DNA of 64,000 bases from a virus, in the IMG/VR virus record IMGVR_UViG_3300027798_006580, one strand, 5' to 3'. Of this stretch, positions 37,283 to 46,525 are shown one piece after another. Below the pieces are notes generated by a model that was not told the DNA's origin, ran no database searches, and worked only from the letters and a program-made list of their open reading frames with translations. The stretch's first letter is position 1; the number at the start of each line of letters is the position of its first letter. Position numbers and translations under genes: made by a program.

Positions 37283-38107
37283 ATGGCAACAAGAAAAACA
37301 CAAACACAAACACAAACACAGACTAACATAGATCTCGACAACATCTTTAAGACAGGCACAGCCCGTCCCATCGTCAAGCACACAGAAAAACCCAAGGTTA
37401 AACCTGAGGCAAAACAAGACAATCCTAAAGTTGTAAAAGTTAACAAGGCCAGTGTTAGTAAAACATTGGCGGCCACAGGTAAAATTAAACCTACCAGGGC
37501 CATGCAGGATGTGCTAGGTAAGATGTTAGACATCAAACTTGATGCCGACCTGCCGTCATATAACGCTAGTATTGAGCAACAGCCTGTAAAGACTGTGCAA
37601 AAACAGACTAGTAGTGTTGAGCCCGAGACACCTGAGATGGTACCTGTAGTTGTAGTTAAGACTACAACATTAGCAACAACAGCAGAATACGCATTACGCA
37701 AGGCAGGCTACTTGGTACCAGACTTCCATCAAGTGGCAGCACTACCAGGTAACGTCAAAGACCAAATTAGACAGCTGGGGCGTAGTGTCTTTAAGACTAT
37801 GACAACGACACCTACTAGCAAAATCTTTGTAGTAGCTAACTTGGGCGGCATGGGTCCTAACACAGACAGAGAAGTACAAAGTGTGGCAGATTGGGTTAGA
37901 CAGCATGGCCAGGACTATGGTGATGGCAGCATTAACTTTGATAGGTCTATCCCGGGCTATGAGGCGGAGACACACATGTACACAGCCGCAGGCATTACAT
38001 GGTTGTTGGTCAAGGACTTTGCAGGACAATACATTTATGCTTGGCCAGAAAAAGAAAGTGTGTTTAGAATAGAAGTTAACAAGTTATTGCAGAAGTGCAT
38101 AACTTAG
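37283..38107 (+). CDS. hypothetical phage protein
   Basis: low-complexity TQ/K-rich N-terminus, globular C-terminus. Confidence 0.7.
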   Translation: MATRKTQTQTQTQTNIDLDNIFKTGTARPIVKHTEKPKVKPEAKQDNPKVVKVNKASVSKTLAATGKIKPTRAMQDVLGKMLDIKLDADLPSYNASIEQQPVKTVQKQTSSVEPETPEMVPVVVVKTTTLATTAEYALRKAGYLVPDFHQVAALPGNVKDQIRQLGRSVFKTMTTTPTSKIFVVANLGGMGPNTDREVQSVADWVRQHGQDYGDGSINFDRSIPGYEAETHMYTAAGITWLLVKDFAGQYIYAWPEKESVFRIEVNKLLQKCIT

Positions 38108-38114
38108 GTAAGTT

Positions 38115-38189
38115 GGTCTCATAGTATATCGGTTAGTATAATGGCCTGTCACGCCGTAGGGACGAGTTCGATTCTCGTTGAGACCGCCA
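38115..38189 (+). tRNA. tRNA-Asp (GTC), second copy
   Basis: cloverleaf, CCA. Confidence 0.95.
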
Positions 38190-38208
38190 AATTTTTAAAG
38201 GAATTAAT

Positions 38209-38406
38209 ATGTTAGTAGATAGACGAGAGTTGTTAGAACATGATGTTAGGAAGCTACACGCAGAGGCCGCAGCCATGTATTTTGACATTGTAACTCATAG
38301 TAAAGATGTACACAATGCAGAATACCAGGCTCTTAAAGAAAAAATCTCTAGCTTAGAGTTCGACCTTAATGTAGTTAATAGACTGATTGCACAAAGTCAA
38401 AAATAA
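38209..38406 (+). CDS. hypothetical protein
   Basis: SD aagga. Confidence 0.65.
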   Translation: MLVDRRELLEHDVRKLHAEAAAMYFDIVTHSKDVHNAEYQALKEKISSLEFDLNVVNRLIAQSQK

Positions 38407-38423
38407 TTTAAAGGAAATATAAA

Positions 38424-38582
38424 ATGGCATACGATCCAAGAGCAGTTAAAATCCCCAAAGCAATTAGACGCTTTGCGGCCTATGAAACAGATCCACACAA
38501 GCGTGGTGAAATTATGAGAAGTTATGTAAAAGTGTTTGAATCAGACTTGCGCGGTAACAAGCGTGGTCCAAAAGACAAGTAA
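38424..38582 (+). CDS. small basic hypothetical protein (not in ORF track)
   Basis: SD aagga; MAYDPRAVKIPKAIRRFAA... Confidence 0.6.
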   Translation: MAYDPRAVKIPKAIRRFAAYETDPHKRGEIMRSYVKVFESDLRGNKRGPKDK

Positions 38583-38904
38583 AGATTAAAGTTTTTTGGT
38601 AGTATATCCACAAGATAACTACCCGGAGAAAAGAAAGAGATGAGAACTAACACCGTTATCGCTTCATGCGATACCGAACAAATTATTGGCTGGCGCCTTG
38701 AAAACGCCTCGTGCCTGTGTGCTCCAACCCTCGGGATATGACAGAATTGTGTCTTGCTCCTGGATATACACAGGTCTCTGTGCCTTGTGCATTGTGACTT
38801 GTCAGGATTTTAGTTAAAGCTAATCCGCATGTTATTTGTCCAGTTGGTTACTTTCTTTCTTGACTCTGTTTTTATTTTGTTGTATAATTATTTAAAGGAA
38901 ATAT

Positions 38905-39474
38905 ATGAATATCAGTCTACGTAAAGCCAGTGTATTGCAGAACAGTATCAATGATGTCGTCAAAGGCATCGACCTTAAAGGTCAAGTTAGTCTAACGGAA
39001 TTCCATGATCCAATCATGGAAATTTATAAAGCTACGACTGTGTTTAAAACTAATTTGAATCGTCGAGATTCTTTGGTTAAAGCACTGTATGACATTCGCA
39101 AGCAAGTCAGCGCAGTTAACAGTCGTGTGGGCATAGACGACAAACTCACAGAGATTGCTGGTCTTGAAAAGCAAATTCAGAACTACACAGAGTTGTCTGG
39201 CTTTGCAGTTCGCGAACAAGAAGCAGTTGTGTTGGGCAAGTTGGACAAGATTAAAAATCGTAAAGAAGAAGGTCGCAGTATCTACGGTTACGAAAGCACA
39301 GTGGCCACTAGTGTGTTCACTGAAGAAGACATCAAGGGCTTTAAAGTTTTTGTAAATCTGGCCAAGAAAGCTAAACAACGTCTTCAAGACGAAGTTCTGG
39401 AATTGAATGTGCGTACTGACATCGGTCTAAGTGTAGACACGGTTCAAATATTGAAGTCAGAAGAATTATTATAA
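38905..39474 (+). CDS. coiled-coil hypothetical protein
   Basis: promoter TTGACT-N17-TATAAT at 38860-38888, SD aagga. Confidence 0.75.
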   Translation: MNISLRKASVLQNSINDVVKGIDLKGQVSLTEFHDPIMEIYKATTVFKTNLNRRDSLVKALYDIRKQVSAVNSRVGIDDKLTEIAGLEKQIQNYTELSGFAVREQEAVVLGKLDKIKNRKEEGRSIYGYESTVATSVFTEEDIKGFKVFVNLAKKAKQRLQDEVLELNVRTDIGLSVDTVQILKSEELL

Positions 39475-40002
39475 GTATTGTTCGAACATTTCAATTGATT
39501 CTGCCATAGTTAATCTAGTATTATCTTGTTTTTTTAATACTAAACTTAGGCAGTATCTGGGTTCTTCAAAATTATGTATGTTATGAGGAATACCAACTTG
39601 AACTATACTAGGAAAATTTACTGGCTGTTTATCGATTAAGTCAACTTGGTCGATCTTATAATCTATATAAAAACTATCGGTTGAGTTGAGTTCTGCACTA
39701 TTCGATATATTAGGTTTTTGTTTCCACCAATACATTAAACTGTTTTTGCCGCCGAATACATAATTGAGTTTGATATAATCTCCGCCTGTGTCATCGAGAT
39801 GTATTGTACTAAAACGAAAAGGACGATTGTAAAATAATTCTACCCGGCCAATGGTTAGATTTAAAGTTTTTAAAAATAAAATTAAATCATTGTTAATATC
39901 GTCAATTGATATTTTAATATGATTGTGTGTGCCATATGAGTTTATATTTAAATCCTTTCTCAGAGGACTTATGTCTAGATTTATATTAAGACAATTAATC
40001 AT
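39469..40002 (-). CDS. 2OG-Fe(II)/cupin oxygenase-like protein
   Basis: IHLD...PHNIHN...RYCLSL; start reassigned to MINCL. Confidence 0.7.
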   Translation of the reverse strand: MINCLNINLDISPLRKDLNINSYGTHNHIKISIDDINNDLILFLKTLNLTIGRVELFYNRPFRFSTIHLDDTGGDYIKLNYVFGGKNSLMYWWKQKPNISNSAELNSTDSFYIDYKIDQVDLIDKQPVNFPSIVQVGIPHNIHNFEEPRYCLSLVLKKQDNTRLTMAESIEMFEQYL

Positions 40003-40014
40003 AAATATATTTAT

Positions 40015-40090
40015 CGCGGGGTACGTCAGTTGGTAGACTATCAGGCTCATAACCTGGAAGACGGAGGTTCGAGTCCTTCCCCCGCAACCA
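40015..40090 (+). tRNA. initiator tRNA-fMet (CAT)
   Basis: C1:A72 mismatch, cgcgggg acceptor, CCA. Confidence 0.9.
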
Positions 40091-40091
40091 A

Positions 40092-40256
40092 TTATAAACT
40101 GTGAATATAATCTAAAGCAGAATCTAAGTTAGTAAAGTACAGCATTTCAAAGTCATTGCTAAAAATATCTTTGACAATGATATAGCAGATGCCTTGCTTG
40201 CTTAGACTTACATGAAAATGTAGGCCTGCTTCGGTGACAATGTCATAGGATTGCAT
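40092..40256 (-). CDS. 54-aa hypothetical protein (not in ORF track)
   Basis: TAAATA-N5-ATG; MQSYDIVTEAGLHFHV... Confidence 0.5.
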   Translation of the reverse strand: MQSYDIVTEAGLHFHVSLSKQGICYIIVKDIFSNDFEMLYFTNLDSALDYIHSL

Positions 40257-40476
40257 AGTAGTATTTAATCAAAGAAAACCCGGTTACACTTTGACGTCTA
40301 AAGTGGGTAGGGCAGTTACCATAAAGAGTGCTAGGTATGTAGTGCTATGACCATCCGTGCTCTGTTGTGGAGTGGCGGGAACGCATTAGGTAAGGTATAA
40401 CACCTGCCCAAAAGAATAAATGTTATGGACAGAGTAACAGCTCAGTTTAGGGCCTATGTGGTGTAGGTAGCTAAAC

Positions 40477-40542
40477 ACTTTATTATAGCATATTGTAATC
40501 AAATGAGTGTGCAATGTCTGCTGAAGTGTGCTATAATAAAGT
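40477..40542 (+). ncRNA. long-stem cassette RNA directly before tRNA-Gly
   Basis: 18-bp stem actttattatagcatatt/agtgtgctataataaagt, 30-nt loop. Confidence 0.6.
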
Positions 40543-40544
40543 AT

Positions 40545-40618
40545 GCGGGATTAGTTTAATGGTAAAACAGCAGATTTCCAATCTTCGGTCAAGAGTTCGA
40601 TTCTCTTATCCCGCTCCA
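40545..40618 (+). tRNA. tRNA-Gly (TCC)
   Basis: cloverleaf, CCA. Confidence 0.9.
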
Positions 40619-40637
40619 ATTTATTAAAGGATTCATC

Positions 40638-40817
40638 ATGGCACATGAAGCAGGCAAAGGTTCAATTCCCAGGCCATTTAGTATCGCGCAAGAAGAGTAC
40701 AATTCTAGATGGGACGCTATATTTGGTCGCGATTCAAAAAAAGAAAAACAAGAAGACGTATTGTCCGACGACAATCGTTTAGATTCTAAATTTGATAAAC
40801 TAAAAGAAGAAAATTAA
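40638..40817 (+). CDS. small hypothetical phage protein
   Basis: SD aagga; GKGSIPRPFS...RWDAIFG. Confidence 0.6.
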   Translation: MAHEAGKGSIPRPFSIAQEEYNSRWDAIFGRDSKKEKQEDVLSDDNRLDSKFDKLKEEN

Positions 40818-40818
40818 A

Positions 40819-41271
40819 ATGTTACATTTAATTCAAAATCTCAGTGATAAATTTGTCGACTTGATTGGTCAAGATCCAGTGCGTCCACACATTCCCCGGA
40901 CAGAGCGTGTTGGTGCAAACAAAGATATTTTTGTAACCAGAGACGAGAATGACAATGTGCAAGCAATTACCTGTGTCAGTTATCAACTAACTGTGCCTTG
41001 TTCTGAATCCGAATTATTTGAAACCTGCAATGAGCCCAAAGTTGCTGTATTTTATACTATTTGGAGTTATGCACCGGGCGCAGGGAAAAAATTAATCTTT
41101 AATGCAGTAAAACATATCAAAGAAAATCAAAAAACAATTAACAGATTCGTAACGCTGAGTCCAAAAACTGATATGGCTAGAAAATTTCATATTAAAAATG
41201 GAGCCGTGGTTTTTAGAGACAACGAAGAATCTGTTAACTACGAATACATAAACAACGAAGTCGAAAGTTAA
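40819..41271 (+). CDS. minimal malonyl-CoA-decarboxylase-like (GNAT-fold) protein
   Basis: AVFYTI, RFVTLSP, ARKFHIKNGA resemble MCD catalytic-domain motifs. Confidence 0.55.
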   Translation: MLHLIQNLSDKFVDLIGQDPVRPHIPRTERVGANKDIFVTRDENDNVQAITCVSYQLTVPCSESELFETCNEPKVAVFYTIWSYAPGAGKKLIFNAVKHIKENQKTINRFVTLSPKTDMARKFHIKNGAVVFRDNEESVNYEYINNEVES

Positions 41272-41284
41272 GTAAATATATATT

Positions 41285-41361
41285 CGGAGTGTAGCGCAGT
41301 CTGGTAGCGCACCTGGTTTGGGACCAGGGGGTCCAAGGTTCGAATCCTTGTACTCCGACCA
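41285..41361 (+). tRNA. tRNA-Pro (TGG)
   Basis: cloverleaf, CCA. Confidence 0.95.
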
Positions 41362-41391
41362 AGTTTAAGAGCAATTTAAATAAATATTGTT

Positions 41392-42171
41392 ATGAATTAC
41401 AAACGAATCATCAACAATGCTCTTGCGTCTAACACGCAATATCTACCCTATGTACAACTCAGTGCTACAGCACTGGTTCTACTCTATGCATTACTTTTAC
41501 CACAAGTTGGTTCACTGTGGTTGTTAAGTGTGCTAATGTATGTGGGCATAGGCGGCCTTGGAATCAGTATAGGCTTTCATAGACTATTAACACACAAAAG
41601 TTTTAAGACCAGTAAATTCTGGGAATACTTTTGTGCCACATGGGGTGCGCTAGCTTTTACTGGCAGTGCAATAGGTTGGGTAGGCATGCACAGGGATCAT
41701 CACAAGTACAGCGACAAGCCCGGTGACCCACACAGTCCCATGGTCAGTGGTCCCAAGATGTTGGTAGCTGCCTATGACTATGAGCCAAACAAATGGAAAA
41801 TACGACACTTGATTTTTGACAAGTATCATATCTTCATGCACAAGTGGTATTTTGGTCTGCTATTATTATGGACAATATTCTGGGCCGTCATAGATCCTGT
41901 GTTGGCCATGCACGTTGTTGTCATCCCCGCGGTGTTCAGCGTTTGGAGTAGTACAACTAGTAACTATATGAACCATCGCTGGGGTTATAAGAATTTCGAA
42001 ACCAGTGACAACAGTCGCAACCTTTGGATCAATGCTGTGTTCACATTTGGCGAAGGATGGCACAACAATCACCATGCACGACCAGGTAACTATGACTTTG
42101 GATCTGGCACCAGCGGCAAGTGGTGGGAATTCGATCCTGCTGCCAGAGTCATTGAATTAATTAGACGATGA
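41392..42171 (+). CDS. membrane acyl desaturase (delta-9 type)
   Basis: HRLLTH, HRDHH, GEGWHNNHH. Confidence 0.92.
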   Translation: MNYKRIINNALASNTQYLPYVQLSATALVLLYALLLPQVGSLWLLSVLMYVGIGGLGISIGFHRLLTHKSFKTSKFWEYFCATWGALAFTGSAIGWVGMHRDHHKYSDKPGDPHSPMVSGPKMLVAAYDYEPNKWKIRHLIFDKYHIFMHKWYFGLLLLWTIFWAVIDPVLAMHVVVIPAVFSVWSSTTSNYMNHRWGYKNFETSDNSRNLWINAVFTFGEGWHNNHHARPGNYDFGSGTSGKWWEFDPAARVIELIRR

Positions 42172-42923
42172 TATTTGGATCCACAAGTAGAAATATAAAT
42201 CTACTAACTATTTTTGTTTTTATTAACAGCGTAGTTGGATTGTTTTTTGTTGATTACACATTAAACAACATACTAATCATGTTAACAAGTTTTTATGTTT
42301 TGAACATCCTAGGAGTATGGATGACATTTCATAGATATTATAGTCATAAAAGTTTTGCACTAAATCCCGTGCTTAAATGGCTGTTCTCTGCTATTGCTTT
42401 ATTAACAGGTCGCGGCAGTATTTTAGGATGGGTTTATTTGCATAGACTGCATCATGCATATAGTGACCAAGACAAAGATCCGCATAGCCCGCATAATTTA
42501 GGATATAAATTATTTGGCTTTGGACACATGAAACAACAAGAGGGTGAAATGAAGATATTCTTAGTTAAAGAATTAATGACACCGGCTCAATTGTTTATAC
42601 ACAAATGGTACATGCTTTTATTACTGCCTGTGATTTCTGTATTAGCTTTAATAGATCTGCAATTATTCTATTGGGCTTGGCTAGTTCCTGCCATGCTAAT
42701 ACAAATTAGTACCAGCAATTTTAATTATTTTGGTCATAGGTTTGGTTATCGTAATCACGAAACAAAAGATCATAGTAGAAATAATGCATGGCTTTGGCCC
42801 ATTATACTGGGCGAAGCATGGCACAATAATCATCACAGCGATGCAAAGAATCCCAGCACAACATATAAATTCTGGGAAATAGATCCTTTGGCATGGATGA
42901 TTAAACTAGTATGTACAAAGTAA
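42168..42923 (+). CDS. membrane acyl desaturase (delta-9 type)
   Basis: HRYYSH, HRLHH, GEAWHNNHH. Confidence 0.92.
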   Translation: MIFGSTSRNINLLTIFVFINSVVGLFFVDYTLNNILIMLTSFYVLNILGVWMTFHRYYSHKSFALNPVLKWLFSAIALLTGRGSILGWVYLHRLHHAYSDQDKDPHSPHNLGYKLFGFGHMKQQEGEMKIFLVKELMTPAQLFIHKWYMLLLLPVISVLALIDLQLFYWAWLVPAMLIQISTSNFNYFGHRFGYRNHETKDHSRNNAWLWPIILGEAWHNNHHSDAKNPSTTYKFWEIDPLAWMIKLVCTK

Positions 42924-43552
42924 AAAAATACAATAAATTAACCAAGTCAGAACTAAAACATTTTTGGGATACTATAGAATCGGAATGTCAAAAAGATTCC
43001 AGTCCTGCCATGGTCAATATGCACAGCAAAACTTGGCGAAATGAAAATAATACTCTGCGCTATATATTGGAAGTGGACGACAAATTCAATCTCGGTGAAT
43101 ACTTTGTGTTGTTTGACGATGAACTACCTGTGGCCAGTGGCGGAGTTTACTTCAGTGAATGGACTGATGATATCGCAATGGCGGGTATCAGAACATGGGC
43201 ACACACTGAACATAGAAACAAATTATTGGTCGCTGAATACATTCTTCCCGCATGTAAAGCATGGGCAGTTGAAAACAAATGTAAATCTATTACGTTGACA
43301 TTTAATGATTACAATAAAAATTTAATCAAAGTATGTATTAGAACTCGTGCCGGTGAAAGTGCTACTAGAATTTCTGGCAGAACTCCGCGACGATTATTCT
43401 ATAATGGTGCAAATGTACTTGACTTTCCTTTGGAAATCAACTATACTAAGCAATGGCTGATATACGAAAAGTTAGACAGTGAATTTTTATTTAATTGGGA
43501 AGAATTTAAATGGCGGGACAAGATGAAGATAGTAAAGAGAAAACTGGGTTAA
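42911..43552 (+). CDS. GNAT-like protein
   Basis: YFVLFDDELPVASGG...RTWAHTEHRNKLL. Confidence 0.55.
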   Translation: MYKVKKYNKLTKSELKHFWDTIESECQKDSSPAMVNMHSKTWRNENNTLRYILEVDDKFNLGEYFVLFDDELPVASGGVYFSEWTDDIAMAGIRTWAHTEHRNKLLVAEYILPACKAWAVENKCKSITLTFNDYNKNLIKVCIRTRAGESATRISGRTPRRLFYNGANVLDFPLEINYTKQWLIYEKLDSEFLFNWEEFKWRDKMKIVKRKLG

Positions 43553-44121
43553 ATTCCAGCCCTGCTCGCGGCTCTTTCCACATCGACAATTTAATCAAGC
43601 ATGTAGAAAATGGTACAAAGTCTGCCGAAGCCGCCGAAGAAATGTTGGACTTTTATAAATCGCATGCCGAACTACGTCAAGAACTAGAAGCCACAGAACA
43701 ATGGCGCGAAGATAACATGGAGTACGATCTGCGTAGTAATACTTGGATCTGTGACAAAGTCAAAGGCGATGATGTTTATGCACAAAACTTATATGCCGCC
43801 ATGTGTAACAATGACTTTCAACGCAATGACATGATACCTATTCTAAAAGATCAAAAATGGAGTTGTAGTTGGAGACATGCCGGTGGTATTATTGCAGACA
43901 TGCAAGAAAAAGGTGACTACATTGACTGGTACTGTAGCGGTATAAAAAATGCTGGTCCAATAGAACAAAGTGAATGGGATAATTTAACTTTGGAACAACA
44001 ACTACGATACAAGGAAACAGAAGCCTATGTATCGGAAAGTGTGGTCACTGACGAAATTCGCAGTGACTTAAAGAAACTAGGTTGGCTAGTTTTGGTAGAT
44101 AACAACGAAATGGAAATATAA
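43510..44121 (+). CDS. hypothetical phage protein
   Basis: YAQNLYAAMCNN...WSCSWR...DWYCSG; start uncertain. Confidence 0.7.
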   Translation: MAGQDEDSKEKTGLNSSPARGSFHIDNLIKHVENGTKSAEAAEEMLDFYKSHAELRQELEATEQWREDNMEYDLRSNTWICDKVKGDDVYAQNLYAAMCNNDFQRNDMIPILKDQKWSCSWRHAGGIIADMQEKGDYIDWYCSGIKNAGPIEQSEWDNLTLEQQLRYKETEAYVSESVVTDEIRSDLKKLGWLVLVDNNEMEI

Positions 44122-44122
44122 A

Positions 44123-44323
44123 ATGGCTAGAATTACCAGTGAAAAAGCAGTGGAAGCAGTGGGAAACAGATTTGATCTAGTGTTGATCGCTAGTCAACGT
44201 ACCCGAGAATTGAAGCGTGGCGCTATGCCAAAAGTTTCAAGTAAAAATAGCGCAGTAGTAACAGCATTGCGTGAAATCGAAGCAGGCCACATAGGTCGTG
44301 ATTATTTAAAACGTATTAGATAA
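44123..44323 (+). CDS. rpoZ: RNA polymerase omega subunit
   Basis: MARIT...VGNRFDLVLIAS.R.REL...VTALREIEAG. Confidence 0.9.
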   Translation: MARITSEKAVEAVGNRFDLVLIASQRTRELKRGAMPKVSSKNSAVVTALREIEAGHIGRDYLKRIR

Positions 44324-44367
44324 TCAAATTTATCTTCTGATGACTTGTGCATCTATATAAATATTGT

Positions 44368-45066
44368 ATGAGATCATCAGAAGATAAAGAATTGCTAGTG
44401 TCCAGATTCACTGACACTATCTATGTAGAAGAATTTCTACAGCCTGAAGAAATCCAGTATCTAGTCGAGTTGTTTGATAACTCAAACAACAAAATTTACA
44501 AGAACACAGGACCAGTGACCTGCGATTCTATTATGAAAGATCCTATTCTAGAATCTATAGTAGAAAGACTCCGACCTTTAATTGGTGATTTTAAGATTTA
44601 TTCTGCGGCATTCTTTAATGTAAAAACGCCGCATATCATACACAATGATGACGAGAAGTCATTTCCTTTGACTTATAAAGCAATTACATTGCCATTGAAA
44701 TTAGAGTATTTTGTGGTTTCTACAGAGCTACCCAGTCTATGTATCTTTGATCAGTATTACTTGGAAGGACCAAGTAAATTTTTTAATGGCTCCAATAATA
44801 TTCCTACATATTATAATCAACAAGTCTACGAATACTCTCAAGTACAAAACAAATCCTTGACTGGTATCAGTGCCAATGACATGCAGAAATATCTAACACA
44901 TATAAAACCAAATTGGTTACATGGACTTAGTTTAAATTCGATTCATGCATGGAAGCCGGGATCTGCAATTATATTCGATGCATTAAAACTTCATTGTGCC
45001 AGCGACTTTAGACAGCGCGGCATTATCAGCAAACTGGGTATCAGTATTTTTACATACACTGATTAA
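44368..45066 (+). CDS. 2OG-Fe(II)/cupin oxygenase-like protein
   Basis: IHND...LHCAS...KLGISIF. Confidence 0.6.
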   Translation: MRSSEDKELLVSRFTDTIYVEEFLQPEEIQYLVELFDNSNNKIYKNTGPVTCDSIMKDPILESIVERLRPLIGDFKIYSAAFFNVKTPHIIHNDDEKSFPLTYKAITLPLKLEYFVVSTELPSLCIFDQYYLEGPSKFFNGSNNIPTYYNQQVYEYSQVQNKSLTGISANDMQKYLTHIKPNWLHGLSLNSIHAWKPGSAIIFDALKLHCASDFRQRGIISKLGISIFTYTD

Positions 45067-45068
45067 TT

Positions 45069-45671
45069 TTACAAAAATAAAATTTTACTGTCGTTGACAT
45101 TTTTTGCGGCATCTTCATAATCTTGGAATACTTTTATGTAGGTAAGGTCAAACAAAAGACTTGTTCTTTTACCTACATAATTATCCACTGCATGTATCGC
45201 TGAATTATTAATTAGATACCATTTGTTAAGATCAAATTTATATCGATTTATTTCTGTCAGTTCACTTTTTTCAAACATTCTAGCAGCCACGGTATTACTA
45301 ATATCCTTTTGTTTGTAAAATACAGTATCAGCCGCGCCTTCTACTACATAGATTATACTCATCTTTCTAAAGGTATCTGTATGCGGCGGCAGTTCGTTGA
45401 TACTTCGTTGCAGTGTTATATATTCTAAAAATTTTCTATTAATTTTGTGACCATGAAAAATCTCATCAAGGAAATTCATATGCTCTGGCCATTTCTGCAA
45501 TTGATAAGATCCAGCCGTTTCAACTTCAAAATCATCCTGAACCATACTTTTACCCTGTTCTATTCTTTTGAACCTTTTTCCGTAATGCTTGTACTGTTCA
45601 TAATGTTTGATTATTTTTTCAGAGACTTCTGTGCCCAATGGCGGCCAGTTTAACTCAATGGCATTATTCAT
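45069..45671 (-). CDS. 2OG-Fe(II)/cupin oxygenase-like protein
   Basis: PHTD...IHAVDN...RTSL. Confidence 0.7.
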   Translation of the reverse strand: MNNAIELNWPPLGTEVSEKIIKHYEQYKHYGKRFKRIEQGKSMVQDDFEVETAGSYQLQKWPEHMNFLDEIFHGHKINRKFLEYITLQRSINELPPHTDTFRKMSIIYVVEGAADTVFYKQKDISNTVAARMFEKSELTEINRYKFDLNKWYLINNSAIHAVDNYVGKRTSLLFDLTYIKVFQDYEDAAKNVNDSKILFL

Positions 45672-45676
45672 ATAAA

Positions 45677-46393
45677 TCAATGCCCGTGTTTAAGATTTGC
45701 AATCAATTTAGATACATTGTCAGTGGTAAACGGTACATTGAGAATCAGATGTATGCTGTTGTCGACCCAGCTAATTGTTCTATGTGTTCGTCTAGTGTTA
45801 ATGTAATAAGCCCGGCCTTCTTCAATTTGGAGTTTTGTATCGGTGCCGATTATCCAGTCATAGTCATAGGTTCCGCAATTTTTTAAAAACACTGCAATTC
45901 TAAATGTTTCTCTTGGTATTTCAGGATGGTCCCTGTGTGGAGTAAAATATCCGCCCATGTTACTTTTTACTAAAAATGTTCTGCCCAATGGAGAGAATGT
46001 ATCCAATAAAGGATGTAAACTGGGACAATTTTGGTAAACTTCTGTGTGGTGAGAAAACTCTTTCTCAAATACTTTTCTACCGGCAGCATGACTGGCCTGT
46101 GCTTGGCTGGGATTATCCTGATGTGTTTTGCCTTCAAGGTTAGTAACCGCTAGACCTTTTCTATTATTAAGTCTATCTGCTCTTGGCAAATAATCTACCC
46201 AGTCACTGTCAAATTTCGCAATTTCACGATTGAACTGTCCTGGATCTATAAAAAAGTTTAAAGATTCAAAGTCTCCCAGTGTTAATAACGCTAATTCATC
46301 CGTGACAGTTTCTTGGCTAATTGTGGCGCTGTTATATTTGGTGGGTCTTCTCACAGCATGTTTTTTACCTACAATAATATTTTTGTTATTCAT
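45677..46393 (-). CDS. Asp/Asn beta-hydroxylase-like 2OG oxygenase
   Basis: GGYFTPHRD...INTRRTH...HLILN. Confidence 0.7.
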   Translation of the reverse strand: MNNKNIIVGKKHAVRRPTKYNSATISQETVTDELALLTLGDFESLNFFIDPGQFNREIAKFDSDWVDYLPRADRLNNRKGLAVTNLEGKTHQDNPSQAQASHAAGRKVFEKEFSHHTEVYQNCPSLHPLLDTFSPLGRTFLVKSNMGGYFTPHRDHPEIPRETFRIAVFLKNCGTYDYDWIIGTDTKLQIEEGRAYYINTRRTHRTISWVDNSIHLILNVPFTTDNVSKLIANLKHGH

Positions 46394-46525
46394 ATTATAA
46401 TTTATTATCTCTATTCAGAATACAAGATGCACATTGCGATTATCAATCTCACCGATACTACCTGCAAAAGACTGTTATTGTGATAAACGACATTAGAGAT
46501 TCGACTATCTTGAATAAATATCAAT

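Noticed and set aside
8800-41400. tRNA-Cys
   Set aside because: I found no GCA-anticodon cloverleaf by eye; it may lie outside the window.
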